Source: Podarcis muralis
Taxonomy: Eukaryota
Direction: 5' to 3'
Length of the DNA: 64,000 nucleotides
Assembly: GCF_964188315.1 (NCBI RefSeq)
Contig: NC_135656.1
Coordinates: forward strand, 31,496,001 to 31,560,000
Under the pieces are notes generated by a model. It worked only from the letters and a program-made list of their open reading frames with translations. It was not told the DNA's origin and did not search any database. The translations under genes and the position numbers were made by a program. Of the stretch, positions 12,246 to 24,326 are shown one piece after another (the first letter of the stretch is position 1; each line of letters starts with the position of its first letter).

Positions 12246-12539
12246 GTAGTGGTTAAGAGCGGTGGACTCGTAATCTGGTGAACTGGGTTCGCGTCTCCAC
12301 TCCTCCACATGCAGCTGCTGGGTGACCTTGGGCCAGTCACACTTTTCTGAAGTCTCTCAGCCCCACTCACCTCACAGAGTGTTTGTTGTGGGGGAGGAAG
12401 GGAAAGGAGATTGTTAGCCGCTTTGAGACTCCTTAAGGGGAGTGAAAGGCGGGATATCAAGTCCAAACTACTTCTTCTTCTTCTTCTTCTTTTTCTTCTT
12501 CTTCTTTTTCTTCTTCTCCTCCTCCTCCCGTTTCTTCTT
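12246..12539 (+). mobile_element. Squam3-like CORE SINE with (CTT)n tail
   Basis: tRNA-like head, CORE segment CTGGGTGACCTTGGGCCAGTCAC, end GAAAGGCGGGATAT, then a CTT microsatellite. Confidence 0.8.
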
Positions 12540-12806
12540 GTCTCTTATCCCTTATCTCATCTCTTATTGATAAACCCACTTAGAATTGCCTTTGGCTTGC
12601 TTTGCTTTAACTTTGAAAGCCACAAACACTGTAGCCCAGACATCACTAACGGTTTTGGGACTGTGGGCACATCAGCAAAGTAGATAAATTGTGGGCAACA
12701 TGCATGCACCGCCACCATGCATGCACCCTCACTCTAGCTCCCCAACCCTGCACCCATAAACTAGGCTTGGGAAAACGTGCTTTTGCTTCTTCTTTTTCAA
12801 GACTTT

Positions 12807-12821
12807 TGTGTGCGTGTGTGC

Positions 12822-12863
<42 letters not shown>
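12807..12863. repeat. (TG)n microsatellite
   Basis: Direct reading. Confidence 0.98.
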
Positions 12864-12864
<1 letters not shown>

Positions 12865-13156
12865 GGGGGCAGGAAGAGTGTCTTCCTAGAGTGTGCAGCT
12901 GCAACTTGCAATAGTTAAGCAAGAAAAAGCCTTCTGCTGCCATCAATGGTAGGCTTTTTTCATGCCTAACTGCTCTCCCTTTCTCTCTCTCTGAGAAAGA
13001 GAGCGAAAGAGCAAGAGATGACCCTTCTCTACTCAGTTGTACCTCCTTACAGTATTCGAAGTCTAATTGAACCAAGAGGGGCATTTTCAGCAAGGAAGGA
13101 GTCACAGCTGGGGAGGTAAGGCTTAATCCTCCCCATCACAGCTGTGACTCCAACCA

Positions 13157-13690
13157 ATTCATAGAATCGTAGAATTGGAAGGGATCCCGAGGGTCATCTA
13201 GTCCGCTCCACTCTCTTTAAACCTCTGCTTATAAACCTCCAAGGAAGGAGAGTCCACCACCTCCCAAGGGAATCTGTTCCACTGTTGAGCAGTGTAAGTT
13301 CTTGCGGATGTTAAGCCAGAATCTCCTTTCTTGCAACTTGAAGCCATTGGTCCTATCCTCCATGTGGCAGCCCTTTAGACCATGAGTAGGCAAACTAAGG
13401 CCCAGGGGCCGGATCTGGCCCAATCGCCTTCTAAATCCAGCCCGCGGATGGTCCAGGAATCAGCGTGTTTTTACATGAGTGGAATGTGTGCTTTTATTTA
13501 AAATGCATCTCTGGGTTATTTGTGGGGCATAGGTATTCGTTCATTTTTATTTTTATTTTCAAAATATAGTCCGGCCCCCCACAAGGTCTGAGGGACAGTG
13601 GACCGGCCCCCTGCTGAAAAAGTTTGCTGACCCCTGCTTTAGACAGTTGAAGAAGGCTATCATATCTCTTTTCCAGGCTAAACAACTTAT
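13157..13690 (-). mobile_element. CR1 LINE 3' fragment split by a hAT MITE
   Basis: CR1 tail (CATAGAATCGTAGAA on +) and RT-end peptide GCHMEDRTNGFKLQERRFWLNIRKN. CR1 resumes after 13644. Confidence 0.8.
13381..13636. mobile_element. 256-bp hAT (Charlie-like) MITE
   Basis: TIRs CATGAGTAGGCAAACT / AGTTTGCTGACCCCTG. Perfect 8-bp TSD CTTTAGAC at 13373-13380 and 13637-13644. Confidence 0.9.
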
Positions 13691-15856
13691 TGTAGTCAAC
13701 AGAAGGCTTCAAAGGAACCTAATTATGGTGTGGGAAATGATCACAGCCAGGAAAGGGAGAATTAACATCTCCCCTTTAAAAAAAAAATACCACAACCCTG
13801 TCCCGCCATTCCTCAAAACCTAATTTTGAGGAAGAACAAGGAGGATGGGGGCCTGGGAGTGCGTAGGGGCCCACAGGCACTATGGTGACAACCCTGCTTT
13901 CGCTTTCACTCATTGCTAAGGTGTTCACACCCAGGGGCCTTCTGCATTTTCTTTGTCTGTCTTCCTGCATTCCCATGGGCTCCTGAAGGCAGACTTGTTT
14001 AGATAAACACTTCCCTGGTATTCTGAGTTGAACCTGCTGTTTAATTGTTGTTTAAACTGTTTCACTGTTTTAATGGGTTTGTTTATTACACATTTTAATT
14101 ATGGATGTTTCAATGTTGTGATGAAGCTGTTTTACTATGCATTTTTAATAATAGCTAGCTGTATTTTTATGATCAGTTTTATACTTGCTCGGTTTTATAC
14201 TTGCTTTTGGATTTTTTTTTACCTGTTTCTGCACTGCCTTTGTATTTCTTCTGGAAATAAAAGGAGGCATATAAATTATATTACTATTGTTGTGGTGGCA
14301 GTGGTTTACCTCAACCAAGCCCACTTCTTCAAGGTCTTTGTATTAATCAACAAAGCCCCATGCAACTGGATATCTGAGAGAATGAGCTTTGAGGTAACAC
14401 AGCACAAACCTTGTTCCTCTTTCAGGAAAGAATTTAGCTGTTAACGGGTTTGCTTGATCAATAACTGACTTTTGTTGAGGGCAGGAAACCAAGCAGAAAG
14501 AAAGCCCACGGGAAATGGGTAACAGTTCAGTTAGGTTGCCCACCACTGCAAAACTTAATGTAATGCAGATGAAATGGTGTGCTGTTGTTTTTTTAAAAAA
14601 AGTACCTTAAGCACTTTGGGACATGTTCACTGAATGCTGCTGGAATACCCCAAAGGATATTTTCCAATCAGAAGCATCCCAGACCTTGAGATTCCAGGGA
14701 CCAAACCTGAGACATAGTGGAGGCCCCTGATGATGTCACAGGGGCAGATCCTGGAGACAAAGGTTAATTGGGAGAGCGGAGCAGAGGAGGACAGAACCCA
14801 CCGTCCACTAAATGTCTGTGCTATAATTTGCAGCCAGCTCCTGCCACTCCCAAGCTGAAGCTTGCAAACTGCATATGCAGACTTTTAATTTTTTTTATCT
14901 TTTAAAAATGTTATTAAGGACACTGTCACCCACCTGGAGATTCAGGCCCTTCACTCACTACCTGGAGGTGAACTTGGAGACTTCAGGTTGGACCTCGAGG
15001 TCCGGCAACCATACCTTCAACACGGGTGGCAGAATACCTTGGACCAGACCTGACTTCACCTGCTTATATATAACTGCCTTGGTTCAGCTTGGAGGCATAA
15101 ATGTGCAGGAACAGGCTTGCATGTGGCTCTCTGTAACTGGATGATTATGCAACGACTCCCGTGTGGCAAACCATCTCCTCACATTGTGACCCTCACTTGC
15201 ACTGTCCTTTGTCTAGTTGTCAGGATTGTGGGCAAGATCCAGTCAGAAGAATTGTCAACAGCACCAATTAATTAGGAAGAATGAGAAGCTGGTTTCAGTC
15301 CCTTCATTCCCCTAAACAGATAATTGATCCTATCGCTACTTACTTGAATAGACTCAGGGCTTTGTTGTTTGTGTGACAGTACTCACTGGTAGAGTATCAG
15401 CACTTATTTTTTTGCTGCCCATGGCAGCCATTTTGTGCTGGCACCCACAGCACATTTAGCTTACCAGCATTCATTCCTCCCACCAAAAGCACTCCAAAGA
15501 CTACTTGACTTGGATTATCTCACACATGAGTCTGGATTGGGGCTAAAATATTCTGTAATGATTTTACATTTATATTCTGAATTGCCTTGGGTGACCGGAT
15601 AATCTGGAAAGGCTATCAGTTTAAAAATAATAAGTTGCCATATGCTAGCCTTGGCAAAGAGAAGGTGATGTGATGACAAGAGTGATGTTGTTCCAGCAAA
15701 CAACTTACGGAAGGCTAAAAATGGGATGCTAAAACTGGACACCCTGATATCTAAACTACTCATTAATATGTATCCTCCTGATGTTGTTCAACTTGCATCA
15801 GCTGCAGTCAGCATGGCCAATGGTCAGGGATAATGGGAGTTATAGCACAGCAACAT

Positions 15857-15927
15857 CTGGAGGATCCCCACATTTGCTAACCTAACAACAAGAGCATTGT
15901 AAATGGCAGTGAGATACAACTTGTTAT
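15857..15927 (+). repeat. ~71-bp segment duplicated at 21468-21538
   Basis: CTGGAGGATCCCCACATTTGCTAACC...AACAAGAGCATTGTAAATGGCAGTGAGA...AACTTGTTAT at both sites, about 90% identical by eye. Confidence 0.9.
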
Positions 15928-16489
15928 ATTCTGGTTTTCTTCTGCCATACATGATACACTAGAGATCTCTGAATGCACGCTTGGCCTAGGAATATATTCT
16001 GCATATTATAGCACTCAAAGGCTTGCAACAGATTATGCTAAACACTGTGTTTTATTTCCTGGCAGAGCAATAATTGAGAGGGCAACAAAAGGATACTGTT
16101 AGCCAAAGATTTTCCCCCCTTTATCTCAGCAGTCAATCTGACATTTTTTTATTGCTTGCGTTTGGGTTGTCCTGTCCATATACGCCACCAGAGAAAAGTA
16201 CCTCCTGTTCCTAATTAGTGAATGCCAACCTAATGAACGTTGCCAAGCATCAGAAAATTGTTTTACTTATTCATGCATTTGTCTATTGTATTTATGCCTG
16301 AGCATATAGCCCAGTTGGGCTCTCAGGGCAGCTTACAACAAAGACAGTTGTAAAACTAATCTAACAGGCAGAATTTAAAATCAATCCTAAATCAATAGTT
16401 GAAATCCTATTTCGGATACAATAAAGAATAACTTTAGGTTTGGTATCAGGGATTTTTGCCAAATTAACCAGATATTTTTGAACTAGACC

Positions 16490-16728
16490 ATGTATCCACA
16501 GCAGTAACCAGAGGAGGGATGGCTGCTGGGAGGAGTGCAAAAAGAAGAAACTCCATGTTACACCTGCATCAGCATAACCGGACACCTTCATCTGCCCCTG
16601 CTGCAACAAAACATGTCTCTCCCATATCAGTCTCTACAGCCACAGCAGGTGCTGTAACTCTCCAACTGTTTGACTTCACCCATGAAGGTGCACTCTTCCA
16701 TTGTCTCCTGTGACGCACAGATGCCAAC
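16490..16728 (+). mobile_element. RTE-clade LINE 3' fragment
   Basis: Reads PDTFICPCCNKTCLSHISLYSHSRCCNSPTV* followed by 3' UTR. Paralogous to 8845-8999. Confidence 0.72.
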
Positions 16729-17194
16729 CATTTGAACGGCAGCACAATTCCCCATCTGCCTGCCATGATCCCATAACCTGATCCACCCCACTGTCTCCCC
16801 AATTGTACTATACCAGGCACATCCAACTCCCAAGAGACTCTACTCACATTATAAAAATACTGGCTGTGATCTGCCCCCATTGTTATCGACAGGCAAAGTT
16901 GTTGAGCTTTTTTAAGGGAGCCAAAGCATTGGGGGGGGGGGGGAGATCTGTCGCAATCTACCACAGACATCCAGTGATCTACTGGTAGATTGCGATCTAC
17001 CTGTTGGACATGCCTGGTTACTATACCAAAGCACACACACACAGCTGCAGCCCTGGCCCAGCAAAAGTTACCAAGCTCCACTGCCTGAGCCCACTCTGTC
17101 TCTGCTCACTTACTTGCTCAAGTATTTCTTAAAAAACACAAACTTACGGTCCTGGCCCTTATTTACTAGCAGCTGTCACACTGCTAAAGAGTTT

Positions 17195-17305
17195 CAGCAG
17201 GAGTAGCTGTATCAGTCTGTCACAGCAAAGAAGACAAAGAGTCTTGTTGTGGCACCTTAAGGATTAAGTATAACACAAGCTTTTCCATGTATCTGATGAA
17301 GTAAG
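17195..17305. mobile_element. Degraded Penelope-like terminal fragment
   Basis: GTAGCTGTATCAGTCTG...TGTGGCACCTTAAGG resembles common reptile Penelope termini. A similar decayed piece lies near 38730-38825. Confidence 0.4.
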
Positions 17306-17307
17306 CA

Positions 17308-17410
17308 CATAGAATAATAGAACCAGGGAGTTGGAAGTGACTCCAAGAGTCATCTAGTCCACCCCTCTGCAATGCAGGAATCTCAACGAAAGCGTCCATG
17401 ACAAATGGCC
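17308..17410 (-). mobile_element. CR1 3' tail fragment
   Basis: CATAGAATAATAGAA...GAGTTGGAAGTGACTCCAAGAGTCATCTAGTCC...TGCAATGCAGGAATC. Confidence 0.7.
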
Positions 17411-17605
17411 AGACTATGCGACTTTATTCTGAGATAGCATTTGTTGTTAAATGGCCACAGGACTTTGGGGGCATTCAGATTGGTGAGGGTGCTTGGGGTG
17501 CAATACAAGGCTTTCGTCTTCTTTGCTCTTTCCAACTAAAATTGATGATGACATCTTGTGTTGGCCCCTTAACCTTTGTCTGCTGGAATGCCAGGAAAAA
17601 CCAAT

Positions 17606-17982
17606 GGCCCAGTTCACACGTAACGCTAAACCATGGTTTATTTAACAATCCATGGCGTAACCATGAGTTGTCCCACAGACAAACAAGCCATGGCTTGTCC
17701 TCCGAAGTTTGTTTTGTTTTCCAGCTGCTCTTGCTTTAGGCCTGTGTGGCCTGGTGAGTGAAGTGGAATGGTAAAACAAAACATGGTTAAGGAAGGGTGC
17801 TGGGTTCACATATAAAACCAAGCCACAGTGAAAACACACCAACCTTTGTAAAGCAAAAACCAACCAACCAACCATGGCTTCAGGCTGTGGTTGGCTGATA
17901 GTAAACAAACCATAGTTAAGCTGCTGGGCAGGGTTCACATATTCTTTTGAACCATGGTTTAGTGTTGTGTGTGAACGAAACT
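17606..17982. mobile_element. PIF/Harbinger-like MITE
   Basis: Subterminal IR GTTCACACGTAACGCTAAACCATGGTT / AACCATGGTTTAGTGTTGTGTGTGAAC. Repeated internal AACCATGG motifs. Confidence 0.6.
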
Positions 17983-18219
17983 ATACAAGCCACATCAAAC
18001 ACAGCTACCTTCAGAGTAAACGCTTGTTGAACCTAGGAACAACATTATGTAAAGCTGTAATGGCATTGCTCTGGCTCAAGTTTAGACCAGTAGCCCTGCT
18101 GAGTCACGGGATACTTGGGAGATTGACAATGTCTCATGTGTAGAGAAGGGGCTGTTATGGGACAGAACATTCACACACTCCCATTCATACATATATTAAT
18201 AGAGAGCTGTGACTCAAAT

Positions 18220-18682
18220 GCATATGTGTGTGGAATTGCAGGCTGTTGTGTGCAGTCAACACCCCCTTGCATTTATCATTGATGAGTTTCTTCTGGCACA
18301 GTGTCCTCAGAATGGCAGGCACCTTCTGGAGATCATTATGACTTCCAACTGCTAGTCAGAAAGCAGCAGGTAGAAGATTTGGCCACAGAATCAGTTTCAC
18401 CTGTGATGTAGTACTTCACCTGTGATGTAGAGACCAGGAAGCTCTGCATGGTAAAGAAGGCAAGCGACAGTAGCAATTTTATCCACGGGAGAGGTTTCGG
18501 GAAACTGATTCTGTGGCCAAATCTACTACCCGCTGCTTTCTGATTAGCAGTGGAAAGACATAATGATCTCCCAGAAGGTGCTTGCTACTCTGAGGACACC
18601 GTGCCAGAAGAAACTCATCACTGATAAACGCAAGGGGGTGTTGATTGCAAGCAACAGCCTGAAATTCCAGGCACATGTCTGC
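18220..18682. repeat. Long foldback inverted repeat (~180-bp arms, ~100-bp spacer)
   Basis: 18220-18398 aligns to the reverse complement of 18501-18682, roughly 85-90% by eye. The spacer has a tandem TTCACCTGTGATGTAG. Confidence 0.95.
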
Positions 18683-18876
18683 GTTTCTTTTTTGGAGTCC
18701 TAGCTCTGGCTTCCTTCCTCCCAAGAGCTCAGGATACCATACTTGGTCCTGCCCCGCCCCCCTGCTACATGCAGAGCAAGTAACTCAAGACAGCCAAGCC
18801 ACACATGATGTGAGTCTTATGATCAAGGAGTTATTCCCCTCCCCCAATTATTTTTCATCAAGGAATTAAACATATA

Positions 18877-19105
18877 CAGTGGTACCTCTAGATGCAAACG
18901 GGATCCGTTCCGGAGCCCCGTTCACATCTAGAAGCAAACGTAACCAGCGACAGCGCTTCTGCGCATGCACGTGACATCATTTTGAGCGTCTGCGCATGTG
19001 CAAGTGGCGAAACCCAGAAGTAACGCGCTCCATTACTTCTGGGTTGCTGCGGAGCGCAACTCGAACGCGCTCATCCCGAAGCACATTCACCCTGAGGTAT
19101 GACTG
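18877..19105. mobile_element. Tc1/mariner-type MITE
   Basis: TIRs CAGTGGTACCTC / GAGGTATGACTG with flanking TA. Related to 9301-9560. Confidence 0.9.
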
Positions 19106-21553
19106 TAAAAGCTTTCAGGGGAAAACCTTCAGTTTCACCAAAATCACCCTCCCATTTCTGTGCTGCTCACCCAACAGTCACTCCCCTTCCCTTGCTGACC
19201 CTCTGTGCTGTAGCCCCCTCCCTCTTTTTCCCTTTGCATGCTAGTTGGCTAGGCACAACGTACCACAGCCACCTACCATTTTAGTATGCCCAGAGTCCTG
19301 GTCAAATTAACATCCTGAGTGGCTGGATCTCAACCGCATTGTGCTTTGCAGTGTGTCCAGGCAGCCACCCAACAAGCAAATTTTCATTTATTAAAAAAGG
19401 AAGTTTAAAAAAATCAGAGCAAGGCAGAAAGGAACAAGCAGATGGCTTTCATTCTGGGGGAAATCAGTCTCATATAACCAACATGCTTAAGTCTAATTAA
19501 TGCATGGAGGGGTTGGGACCATAGAGTAAGCTGCCCTCCCAGGCTTAGTTCGCTTTGGGAGGCACTATATAATCAAGCCTATTGTTCACCCCGCTCCCCT
19601 CAGTCTACCAGAGAAAGTCAAGATGTGAAGAACCTAAGCTGGTTGCTCCAGCTTACTTGCATGGCTATCACAAGCCGTTCTTCTGTTCCTATACCAATAA
19701 TTTAGGAACTTTCACCACTTTGGAACTAAGCTACGTTTTACTGCCTATGCAACCTACCTGTCTGATGTATGGAAAAGCACATGAACCTGACCTTGGAGAC
19801 TTTGTAAGTAAACCATTTTTAACTTACTAAATGTGTGGTCTTTTCCTATGCCGGGGGAAGAGGGGCCTATAGTGGAACTCACTTGGAAATACATATTCTA
19901 AAGGTCTAACAGTTTATATTTCTACACTTTACTTTGCTGCATAATTTGTGAGTTTAAATCTCTGCTGCTGGGGTTCTCTCACCAAAGTGTACTTGCCCCA
20001 AACTTAGATCTTGGCATCTAGGTGTTCTCCCTTTTTATATACAGTACCTATTCTTTCATTGCACCAACATTTATTACATATGCAAACAAGTCAGAACATG
20101 GATACACCCTACCTTCATCACACTGCACATTACTGAAGGGTGATTTGGGCTGAACATTGGGGCTCCTTGCAGGAGTGAATTGGGGCTGCTGGATCAGGCA
20201 TTGCAAAGCTCTGCTGTACTCCTGATTCTCTTCTCGTCACAGTTGTTATTTTTGATCAAATAAAAATACAAATTTAACAAGTTTAAAAAGCAGGGGGAGA
20301 GATAGGAGATCCAGGGCCTGGTGCAAAAGACTAGAACTTGGGCCATATCTAAGAATGCCAGTGAGAGACAGTGACTGGTCCAGGGCCACATAGTTGAACG
20401 GCTCTGTGCTACGCTGCAAGTCAACCACTGGAGAAATAACTGAATGTCGAATTTGAGAGAAATGCTGTTAACATAAAACGTCACCTGGTTTGCAAATGAG
20501 ATGCCACTAATTGGCATCTAGCTTTGCAGGGCGAAATGAACCCTTAGGCTGTAAGCTAACCAGGCGTGCAAGATTCCCGTGTCACCATCGTGCAATGCAA
20601 ATAGATGCACTTCAGTCAGTTTTTCCTTCTCCTTTATTTAACGGTATTAGTACTCCTTTGGGGGGAAAGGGGGGGGAGTGAGGGGAAGCAGTTCCCTTCT
20701 ACCTATATAAACAGCAGTTTCCATTGTGATGCAAATGCATATCCGTTGGAAAGTAGACCAAAAAGTTTCAAAAGTAAATGCCACAAGAGTCCTGAGCTAC
20801 TCTGCGCCTTGAATTCAATAGAGCAGCAGCTCCTTCACGTCATCGCGTTTCTTTGGCAAGAGGTAATTTGCCGCCGCTTGAATACCAACGCTGTTCTTCA
20901 GCGGCCTCTGGCGGCTACCTAGGAAACAACAGTGTTTATACAAAGACTGGCGTGACTTTTACTGTCCTGTTTCTAGTGAGGAGAACCAAACGTACTGTAC
21001 TGTGTTTGTCGTAGGGCTTTTGAAGAGTAGCAACTGGCCTAGGTTTTAGCATGTAAGTTTGATCTTCTCATCCACAACTACTACACACATACTAGAACAC
21101 TGCTACAAACTTGGTTCATTAGCATCTGTGGACAAAATTCTTCTATGGAGAAACACTGAATAATTCAATCGTGATGTAGTCCTTTGCTTCTCCTTTCAAG
21201 CACAAATATATGGTTATATGAGCTAAGTCCTTGCTGCTGTCCCAATACAGTCAAGGAGCACAAGCCTCAGGCTTTCCTACATTTAAAATGACTGTGTGAT
21301 ACTGAATGTTCATATATACACCTTGCCCCCGCTCACTGCAACATTAGCTCAATTCCTATCAAAGAATTTCACATGCAGCAAGATTGATCAGGGGGACAAG
21401 GCTGCTCCATGGAAAAGGGAATATATAGCAGAAAACCAATCGAAAATGATTAGATGACCAGCAATAACTGGAGGATCCCCACATTTGCTAACCCTATAAC
21501 AAGAGCATTGTAAATGGCAGTGAGAGAAAACTTGTTATGCTTGTTACGGTATA

Positions 21554-21758
21554 TTTTTATGTTGGTATTTTTAAGTTCTCTGTATTCTGGTGTGTTTCAA
21601 CGCCAACCAAAAAGTTGTGGTATCTTGGACTAACAAACTGCTTGGGCACTTCTGTAACTGTTAGGAAGCCAAGATTTGTTAGTCCAAGACACCACAACTT
21701 TTTGGTTGCTGTTGAAACACACCAGAATACAGAGAACTTAAAAATACAAACATAAAAA
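21554..21758. repeat. Near-perfect foldback inverted repeat (~84-bp arms)
   Basis: 21554-21637 vs the reverse complement of 21675-21758, about 4 mismatches, 37-nt loop. Confidence 0.95.
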
Positions 21759-23060
21759 AAGAGTACAGATTATTCCATCATGAGACAAGGTAAAGAGAAA
21801 ACATTCTATTTGGGAAAAGAACGTCCAGGTATGGGAAAGGAAAAAAGCGAAATAAATAGAAAGGCTCAGTTTTGAGCGAAGGTGACAAATGTTTGAGTAA
21901 AAACAAAAAACCGTTGTATTATTGTCATAACGGTATCAAAATGGAATTGTATTTTGATGGAATGCGCCAGCTATACGATTGTCCTGCCACATAAGTCAGA
22001 AACAGCCACTAAATGGCAGCAAACTCCTGCAGGTCAGTGTCACCCCAGTAATGCACAAATGATGGGTTCATTTTTCAGAAATGGTGATACATAAAACCTA
22101 TTGGAACAAACTATCCCAATAAAAAGTAGAAACATTCTTCCATCTTGGGATATAACAAAGTGGGCAGCAACCAAGAGTTAAAGCACCAAGAGTTTACAAG
22201 TAGTATCAGTGTTTTGTTAACAAATGTTTACAAAAAATAGCTTTGGATCTAGTGACGCCTCTCATCCCATCATGAGGCTTATTTCCCTTATAGACATAGT
22301 GGCATTTCCACCACATGTGCCAGTAAGTCCTCTTTTGGGTACAGCCATGCCTATAAAAGAGTGGTGACTGGGATCCAGAGAGACTGGGATCAAAACATAC
22401 TGGTGGACCACTTTCTGAGTTTTCTCGTAGCACTAAAGGTCTGAAGGACACAAATTTGGCGCCATTTGAGAAGATTCACTTTTTATCTTTAAGAACTGAC
22501 TCCAACCCATTTCAATTTTTCAAAGGGGAAAAACAGAGTCAAGAAATAAAAGTATGCATTACTAAGACTAGGTCTTTGGCATTACCCAGGGATGCCACAG
22601 CTTCAGGTCTTGAAAGCTTTTTATCTCCACCTCCTCAAACAGGTTGCCTATTTTCTCTTCCAAGAGAACTGCTGTGTGTTCTAAATCTAGAGAGTTCTCT
22701 CCTGCATTGTTTCTTTGTTCTTCCACCTGTCAGTTAGATGATTCACCAAAGAACACTATGGACCTGTTTAATCAGCAAGAGTTGAGAGCAAATACACTAT
22801 GTGCATTACAACATGGGAACAGAACTTGCGCAGTGGGCTTGCTATCTGTAGGCAACTCTACATGGCTGCCTCCACAGGATCGTGAAGTCAGGTACTGATC
22901 GAGGTCCCAGTAAACAAGGTCCCTGCTGGGCCAGACCAAGCGACCACCCATTGTACCATCTTGATTCCAAGAAATTGGGAATGTAGGAACCCACATTATG
23001 CAATTAGGAAACTGATCCAAGTAGCTCAGTATTTTCTGCACTGGTAGTATACCCAGCCAA

Positions 23061-23422
23061 GGGACGTGGGTGGCGCTGTTGGTAAAAGCCTCAGTGCCTA
23101 GGGCTTGCCGATCGAAAGGTCGGCGGTTCGAATCCCCGTGGCGGGGTGTGCTTCCGTTGCTCGGTCCCAGTGCCTGCCAACCTAGCAGTTCGAAAGCACC
23201 CCCGGGTGCAAGTAGATAAATAGGGACCGCTTACTGGCGGGAAGGTAAACGGCGTTTCCGTGTGCGGCTCTGGCTCGCCAGATGCAGCTTTGTCACGCTG
23301 GCCACGTGACCCGGAAGTGTCTGCGGACGGCGCTGGCTCCCGACCTATAGAGTGAGATGGGCGCACAACCCTAGAGTCTGTCAAGACTGGCCCATACGGG
23401 CAGGGGTACCTTTACCTTTACC
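23061..23422 (+). mobile_element. Sauria SINE, GGTACC-tail subfamily, full length
   Basis: A/B boxes and (ACCTTT)n tail. Perfect 15-bp TSD TAGTATACCCAGCCA at 23045-23059 and 23423-23437. Confidence 0.95.
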
Positions 23423-23463
23423 TAGTATACCCAGCCAGATGGGTGGGGTATCATCACCATCAT

Positions 23464-23580
23464 CTCTCCAGGATTTCAGATGGGAATCTTTCCCATGGCT
23501 ACCTGGAGATTCCAGGGCTTTGAACCTGGCACCTTCTGCATGTGAAGGAGATGCTCTGCCACTAAGCCACATTCATTCCC
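23464..23580 (-). mobile_element. tRNA-derived SINE 5' portion (different family)
   Basis: On -: GTGGCTTAGTGGCAGAGCATCTCC...GAAGGTGCCAGGTTCAAGCCC (A and B boxes). A decayed relative lies near 31580-31750. Confidence 0.6.
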
Positions 23581-24326
23581 CTAATGCTGGACATAGGAAG
23601 CTGTGTTATATACCAAGTGGCCCATCTAGCTCATACAGACGGACATTCAGATGTCTCTGATAAAACTGCAAGCAGGGCATGGAGGAAACCTCCTTTCCTC
23701 AGTGTGTCCAGCACCCGGCATTCATGGAAGACAAATGTCCACAGGCACCACAGCTCAGGTTCAAAGGCAGTAAAACAGGCAAAAACAGGGTAGTCCGCTC
23801 CATTAATGGCCTACTTGTAGACTTCTGCAGAGACAGCAACTTCTGGGTAAGGCTCAGTTGAGCTTCAGTCTGATCCAGAAGAATTCTTTGTGAGCGCCCG
23901 ATAATGGCAATACCTCCAGTGCCACCCTGACTTTTCAGTTCCCTCGTGTTGTGCAGAGACAGCATTTATGTTCACATATTCCAACTTTCTCTGAAGGGGT
24001 GCTGCTGAGGATGCTTTGCCTGAACTGTCCCCTTCCCCCATCCATACACCAGCTCCAGTACTTGATAACAAGTCTCCACATAGCAGCCATGAAGTGAACA
24101 ACAGGATCAGGCTACCTTCTTTAGGCTGAAAGGCTACATTCACTCGCACTCCATCCTCCAGGTCCTGCATGCCAGCAGTGGCTATGGCCACCCCACATGT
24201 ACAATGCACAGCCACCCACCCATTGGATTTGAGAAGTCGGCATTTGCATCATGACACAGTAGAAAATCTCAGCAGAGACCCCCTATATGGCATGGAAAAT
24301 AAGCAGCTTCTACACTAGCAGCAAAA

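Noticed and set aside
22644-22898. 84-aa ORF with faint resemblance to a PUA-domain segment
   Set aside because: Similarity is too weak to support and no partner exons were found.
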